From assembly GCA_965220085.1 (NCBI GenBank), contig CBDCOZ010000003.1:64001-128000 (forward strand): 64,000 bases of DNA, read 5' to 3'. The stretch comes from Candidatus Oxydemutatoraceae bacterium. Its GTDB lineage: Bacteria; Pseudomonadota; Gammaproteobacteria; Poriferisulfidales; Oxydemutatoraceae. Of this stretch, positions 59,216 to 64,000 are shown in pieces (the stretch's first letter is position 1; every line of letters starts with the position of its first letter). The position numbers and the translations under genes were made by a program. The notes under the pieces are model-generated. The model did not search any database, was not told where the DNA came from, and saw nothing but the letters and a program-made list of their open reading frames with translations.

Positions 59216-59959
59216 ATGGATAAACGCGCGACACACTTCGGCTACAAGACGGTATCTATGGATGAGAAAACGCAGATGGTGAAGAATGTCTTTCAGTCGG
59301 TTACACAGAACTATGATTTGATGAATGACCTGATGTCGTTCGGCACCCACCGCATATGGAAGCGTGCCGCGATAAACCTGTGCGGCTTGCGTGAGGGGAT
59401 GTCACTGCTTGATCTTGCTAGTGGCACCGGAGACATGGTCAAACTCGCCCGCCCGTCACTTGGCGCCAGCGGGCGCATCGTGGCGGCGGACATCAGCGCC
59501 GACATGTTGCGCAAGGGACGCGATGCGATGATGGATGCCGGCATTACGACCGCCGAGCATGTCGAATGCGATGCGGAGGCGTTGCCGTTTGACGACTGCC
59601 GGTTTGGGTGTGTGCTGACCGCTTTTGGCTTGCGCAATGTGGCCGACAAGGAAGCCGCCATTGCGAACGCCTATCGCGTGCTCAAGCCCGGCGGGCGATT
59701 TGTCATCCTGGAGTTCTCAAGCCCGCACAAGTGGCTGGATAAATGGTATCGGATGTATTCTTTCAATGTCATCCCCTTGCTTGGCAAATACATCGCATCC
59801 GATGAGGCCAGTTACCGCTATCTGGCGGAATCCATCCGCATGCATCCCGACCAGCGGACTCTGCGCGCGATGATGACCGACGCCGGCTTTGAACGCTGCG
59901 AGTATTTCAATATGAGCGGCGGCATCGTCGCAATTCACAGGGGCTACCGCTTGCAATGA
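59216..59959 (+). CDS. ubiE: Ubiquinone/menaquinone C-methyltransferase
   Basis: THFGY, YDLMNDLMSFGTHRIWK, FGLRNV and YRYLAESIRMHPDQ. Confidence 0.97.
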   Translation: MDKRATHFGYKTVSMDEKTQMVKNVFQSVTQNYDLMNDLMSFGTHRIWKRAAINLCGLREGMSLLDLASGTGDMVKLARPSLGASGRIVAADISADMLRKGRDAMMDAGITTAEHVECDAEALPFDDCRFGCVLTAFGLRNVADKEAAIANAYRVLKPGGRFVILEFSSPHKWLDKWYRMYSFNVIPLLGKYIASDEASYRYLAESIRMHPDQRTLRAMMTDAGFERCEYFNMSGGIVAIHRGYRLQ

Positions 59960-60546
59960 GTGTGGATGCTGATTTTGCCGCAGTGATAGAGAAAGCGGTC
60001 AACGCCTGTCTCCGCTATGACGCGCGCGCGAGCGACGAGCTGCGCCCTCTGCGCGGCAAAGTCATCGGCTTTGACATCGCCACTTTTGACAAGCGCATTT
60101 TTTTCCTGCCGCGCGCAGACGGGACGCTTGAGGTTGTCGCCGAGTGCGACGGCGAGCCGGATACCTTGATCAAGGCGCGGGCGGCGGATTTTTTCCGTCT
60201 TGCCGTCGGCGATGACAGCGAAGCAAGAGCCGAGATTTCCGGCGACATCAATTTGGGCGACGCCTTTCGGCGCATATTCCGGCACATAGATTTTGACTGG
60301 GAAGAGTTGCTCGCCCCGTGGCTCGGGGATGCGCTTGCAAACGAGATCGGGCGCGGCGCGCGAGATGTTCTCGGCTGGCTGAAGTACTGCGGCGGCGCGT
60401 TGTCCGACAACGCCGGCGAGTACCTGCGCGACGAGACACGACAGGCGGTCGATCGCGATGAGGTCAATGACTTCATTCAAAAAGTCGACAGCCTGCGCGA
60501 TGCGGTCGACCGCTGCGAAGAGAAACTGAACCGGCGCGGGCGCTGA
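59956..60546 (+). CDS. ubiJ: Ubiquinone biosynthesis accessory factor (SCP2 domain)
   Basis: Follows ubiE. ISGD, DWEELLAPWLGD, EYLRDE and LRDAVDR. Confidence 0.88.
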   Translation: MSVDADFAAVIEKAVNACLRYDARASDELRPLRGKVIGFDIATFDKRIFFLPRADGTLEVVAECDGEPDTLIKARAADFFRLAVGDDSEARAEISGDINLGDAFRRIFRHIDFDWEELLAPWLGDALANEIGRGARDVLGWLKYCGGALSDNAGEYLRDETRQAVDRDEVNDFIQKVDSLRDAVDRCEEKLNRRGR

Positions 60547-60635
60547 TGCGACCAATCGCACAAACGAACACTCCGCCTTGCGCGAAGCGCGTGCTTGGGG
60601 ATGTATAATGAAGGTTTCATGCGGGATGACTCATA

Positions 60636-61508
60636 ATGTTTCACATCGGCTCACACTTTAGAATGTGTGCGCTTTGCGCGGCGATGATGCTCGCCGCCGC
60701 GGATGCCCTTGCGCAAACCTCCGGTAACGAATGCGCCGCCGGAACGGAGTCGGTCACGGCGCATTCCACAACCGCGTGTCTTCCGTCCGCCGCCGCACAA
60801 GCGTTTCGGGACTGCCGCGACGCGGGATGGACTGTCATGTTGACTGCTACGTCGTCAGTTTGCAGTATGCCGTTTCGCCTTTACGGCGCAACGCAAAACT
60901 CCGGCGTCTCCGGCTCGGACTGCCTGATTCACGGCATAATGTCCACCACCGCCTGCTCCGACATTTTCGGGACCCCGCCCAAGTTTCCCAAAGCATCTGA
61001 CCATACCGATGTTGTCGTCAATGACATCAACACCAAGCGTTTTCAAGCCAACTGCGACCTGTCCGGCAACGCCCCCGGCGGTTATCCGCCCGACCACAAC
61101 TTGAACGGCGAAACCGAATGCGTCTGCGATCGGGCCTCGTACGTCGACCCATGGCCGAACTGCACACCCTTTCCGACCGGCTTAACCTCCGCCGAGCGGG
61201 AGGGGATTCGCGCATGTACGGATCAAGGCTGGACTATTTCCACCGCCACCGCCTACTTCAAATGCGACATCCCGCTGACCTCCGGCGAGGGAAATTCTGA
61301 CGGGTGCGTTTTCGGCGAGGGTACGCCGCAGTGCGCGGATGTATTCGGCGAGCAGATCATCCTGCCGGAAAAGGAGGATTCGGTTCGGTATGTTTTCAGC
61401 TGCGGGGCGGGCATGTCTCCGGCGGGTGCGAATCTGAATGGCGCGACGGAATGCGTTCAAAACCTGCTCTTGCGGCTGCGCCTATTCTTGGAAGGCCCGT
61501 TGCGGTAG
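60636..61508 (+). CDS. Secreted Cys-rich protein with C-terminal tag (no poly-C); paralogue of 44139-45386
   Basis: Signal peptide ending ALAQ, shared ANCD..G.APGGYPPD.NLNGETECVC block. Ends LLLRLRLFLEGPLR. Confidence 0.85.
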   Translation: MFHIGSHFRMCALCAAMMLAAADALAQTSGNECAAGTESVTAHSTTACLPSAAAQAFRDCRDAGWTVMLTATSSVCSMPFRLYGATQNSGVSGSDCLIHGIMSTTACSDIFGTPPKFPKASDHTDVVVNDINTKRFQANCDLSGNAPGGYPPDHNLNGETECVCDRASYVDPWPNCTPFPTGLTSAEREGIRACTDQGWTISTATAYFKCDIPLTSGEGNSDGCVFGEGTPQCADVFGEQIILPEKEDSVRYVFSCGAGMSPAGANLNGATECVQNLLLRLRLFLEGPLR

Positions 61509-61788
61509 CGGGTATCCTGCGGCGGAGAAGGGGAGTGAAGGTGTGCAGGGGTGAGACAGGAGGCGCTTGCACACAACCGAATGTGTGGTATAGTGCGACA
61601 TCCTTTTGACGCAAGTGCAGATGAAACTTGCGAATGATTGAATGTGTGGTATAGTGCAAGACTTATATTGAGCAAACGCCTTCGCTGGCCACGAGTTATC
61701 AGGAGTAACAGATATGAATAAACAGATTTTTAATATACTACTCTTCAGAGGAAGCGACCCAATGTGTCGCGCCATTATAGGTAAAAGC

Positions 61789-63112
61789 ATGAACAAAAAA
61801 GTTATTAATACTACCCCCCCCCCCCCCCCCCCACCCACCCCTGAACAGAAGGCGGCGATGACCCGGCGTAGCCTCTGGTTGCTGGTCATGCTCGCCCTGT
61901 TCGCCGTCTGCGAACAGGCACAGGCGCAGGACACCGCACCGGACTTTGGCAATGCGCAGGTGACTGGTTCGGATCTGATCTGGCTGACCGACCGAGACCT
62001 CAATCTGATCTTGCCCGCGGCTACCGGCGGCAACGGCGCCATCACCTACAGCTTGTCGCCGGTCCTGAACAACGCTTCCGGCCTGACCTTTGATGCGGCT
62101 ACTCGCACCATCAGCGGCCGACCGGCTTTGTCTGTCGGTACCAACGACTACACGCTGACAGCCACCGATGCCGACGGCGATACCGATACGCTGACATTTA
62201 GGGCCGAAGCGCAAGCCGATTCGGCGCCGGCCTTTGCCGATGATGCCACCGTTGCCAACCAGACCTGGATATCGCATCTTGCCATTAATCTGGCGTTGCC
62301 CGCAGCCAGCAGCGCTACCGCGGGTAATATCCTCCTTGATGCCGCACAGACGCAAAACTTGGCTCCGCTCACCTATGCCCTGACCCCGGCTTTGCCTGCG
62401 GGCTTGCGCTTTGATGCCGACACCCGCACCATCAGCGGCGCACCCGCCGCTACCGCAACCGCCATCACCTATGCCTACACGGTCGCCGATGGCGACAGCA
62501 ATACCTCGCCCGACGATGCGGATACCCTGACGTTCGCCATCGCCATCAATGCCACTTCTTGCGCCGATGGCAAGGTGCCGCTGGACGGGGACGACTCGTG
62601 CGTGACTCCGGCGGAGAAATGCGCGATGAGGGGATGGGACAAAACCACCGGAGCGGTTTGCCATTTTGGAAACAGGGGGGGACTACGCGATTTACGATCT
62701 CAGAAACTTCACCGGCAATCTCATCAACACCGATAGCGACGGCTTATGCAACATAACACCCGGCGCGGCAAGCGGCATTTCGGAATGCACAGATGTGTTT
62801 GGCCCGAATTATGAGTTTCCCCAAATTCCGAATCCGGCTGTGCTCACCCGCTATGTTTACAACTGCGACCCGGACGGGACGCGCGGTCTGGTTCCGGCGA
62901 CTTACAACGCCATCGGCGCCATAGGTTGCGCTTGCGCCAATCCCGCCAAGGTTCCGCGCGATGCGATTTTCGGCAATTTAGCCAACGGTCCCCGAGTGAT
63001 GCTTACCGGCCAATGCGCTTGTCCGGAGGGGACGACGGAGAATGCGGCCGGCGCTTGCGTTGCGGCTCTGCGCCTGCGGCTACGCCTTTTTCTTGAAGGC
63101 CCGCTACGGTAG
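61789..63112 (+). CDS. Secreted putative-Ig (He_PIG-like) plus Cys-rich protein with C-terminal tag; C19 in frame, frameshift at G7 (62675-62681)
   Basis: MNKKVINTTPPPPPP, LPAATGGNG...GLTFDAATRTISG repeats. Loss of one G joins it to 62666-63112, which ends in the tag. Confidence 0.75.
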
Positions 63113-63237
63113 CGAGTGCCCTGCGGCGGAGAAGGGGAGTGTTAGGTGCAAAAAGGGGTGAGACAGGAGGCACTTGCGGATGCAAGACTTATATTGAGTA
63201 AACGCCTTCACTGGTCACAATGTTAGGAGTAATAGAT

Positions 63238-64000
63238 ATGAATCAAAAAATGATTAATACTACCCCCCCGAATTGGCGGGTAGCACGAACCCGGCTTAGC
63301 CTCTTACCACTTATTCTGCTCACCCTGTTCGCAGTCTGCGACCCGGCACAGGCGCAGAACGCCACTGGCGAACCGGCGGTAACGGCGGCGGATGGCGCCG
63401 ATTTGACGATGGCGGGGCCCAATGAGGACAGCCTGCTCACCGCCACCACGGGCACCATAGAAAACCCCGCTGGCATAGGTACTGTCTTCTGGCAATGGCA
63501 ATCCGCCCCCGCTCCCGACACCGGCGCTCCGGCGGCCAACGTATACACCAACATAGACGGGGCCACTGCCGCCACTTTTACGCCCCTGCAGGAACATGTC
63601 GGCAAATTTTTGAACGCCTGCGCCTTCTTCCATGATAATGATTTCAACGTTGAGATTTTGTGTTGGGCCTCCGTCGCCGCAGTTGCCAATGTCAACGATG
63701 CCCCGACGGCTACCGACAACACCATAATGGTGTCCAATACCGCCGATGCCGACAACCCCTACAAATTCTCGGCCAGCGCCTTCGCCTTTGCCGATGAGGA
63801 GGATGGCGACAGTCTGGCCAGCGTCACCATAGTGACCCTGCCAACCACCGGCACCCTGAGTCTGAATGGCACGGCCCTGAGCGCCGTCCCCGAAAGTCCC
63901 ATAACCGCCGCCCAGCTGGAGGCGGGCGCTCTGACCTACTATCCGGCGGCCGACCAACAGCCCACCGACCCCTCCGCCGCCGCCTACGACAGTTTCACAT
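63238..64000 (+). CDS. Secreted Ig/cadherin-like family member (partial, runs off the window; not in the ORF track)
   Basis: AGGAG-ATG, MNQKMINTTPPNW (C7), signal peptide ending PAQAQ, ATGEPAVTAADGADLTMAGPNED and NVNDAP. Confidence 0.85.
   Translation, partial: MNQKMINTTPPNWRVARTRLSLLPLILLTLFAVCDPAQAQNATGEPAVTAADGADLTMAGPNEDSLLTATTGTIENPAGIGTVFWQWQSAPAPDTGAPAANVYTNIDGATAATFTPLQEHVGKFLNACAFFHDNDFNVEILCWASVAAVANVNDAPTATDNTIMVSNTADADNPYKFSASAFAFADEEDGDSLASVTIVTLPTTGTLSLNGTALSAVPESPITAAQLEAGALTYYPAADQQPTDPSAAAYDSFT

Overview
Bacterial chromosomal window, most likely from a gammaproteobacterium. Core GC-rich genes are priA, argS, a SPOR-domain gene, tRNA-Leu(CAA), lptM/lppL-lysA-dapF-DUF484-xerC and ubiE-ubiJ. 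Four accessory blocks interrupt them. (1) 351-6818: a five-gene enzyme operon with two unusual fusions. (2) 7.1-26.7 kb: a defence island in which a type III restriction-modification mod/res pair is split by about 8 kb of cargo (IetAS-like AAA+S8 protease, ABC-ATPase+PIN-like pair, and a Ubl-E2-JAB/E1-DUF6527 ubiquitin-like operon), plus RloA/B (AbiL-like), Vsr and HEPN/MNT, punctuated by copies of the priA upstream region. (3) 32.3-47.7 kb and 60.6-64 kb: a family of signal-peptide proteins with unrelated passenger modules (cadherin/Ig-like, Cys-rich). Every member whose 3' end is visible ends in the same 14-residue tag L[RL]LRLR[IL]FLEGPLR* (10 copies, conserved at protein level), and six carry a C18-C24 tract between the start codon and the signal peptide that sets the frame ON or OFF. 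This is the best candidate for an undescribed system: phase-variable surface proteins with a common C-terminal docking or sorting tag. (4) 54-57.5 kb: decayed restriction-modification genes. A window-wide pattern is tandem duplication of gene junctions that yields in-frame chimeric mini-ORFs, including a chain of six ATGA-coupled 31-aa ORFs between dapF and DUF484. Family assignments come from motif recognition by eye, not database searches.
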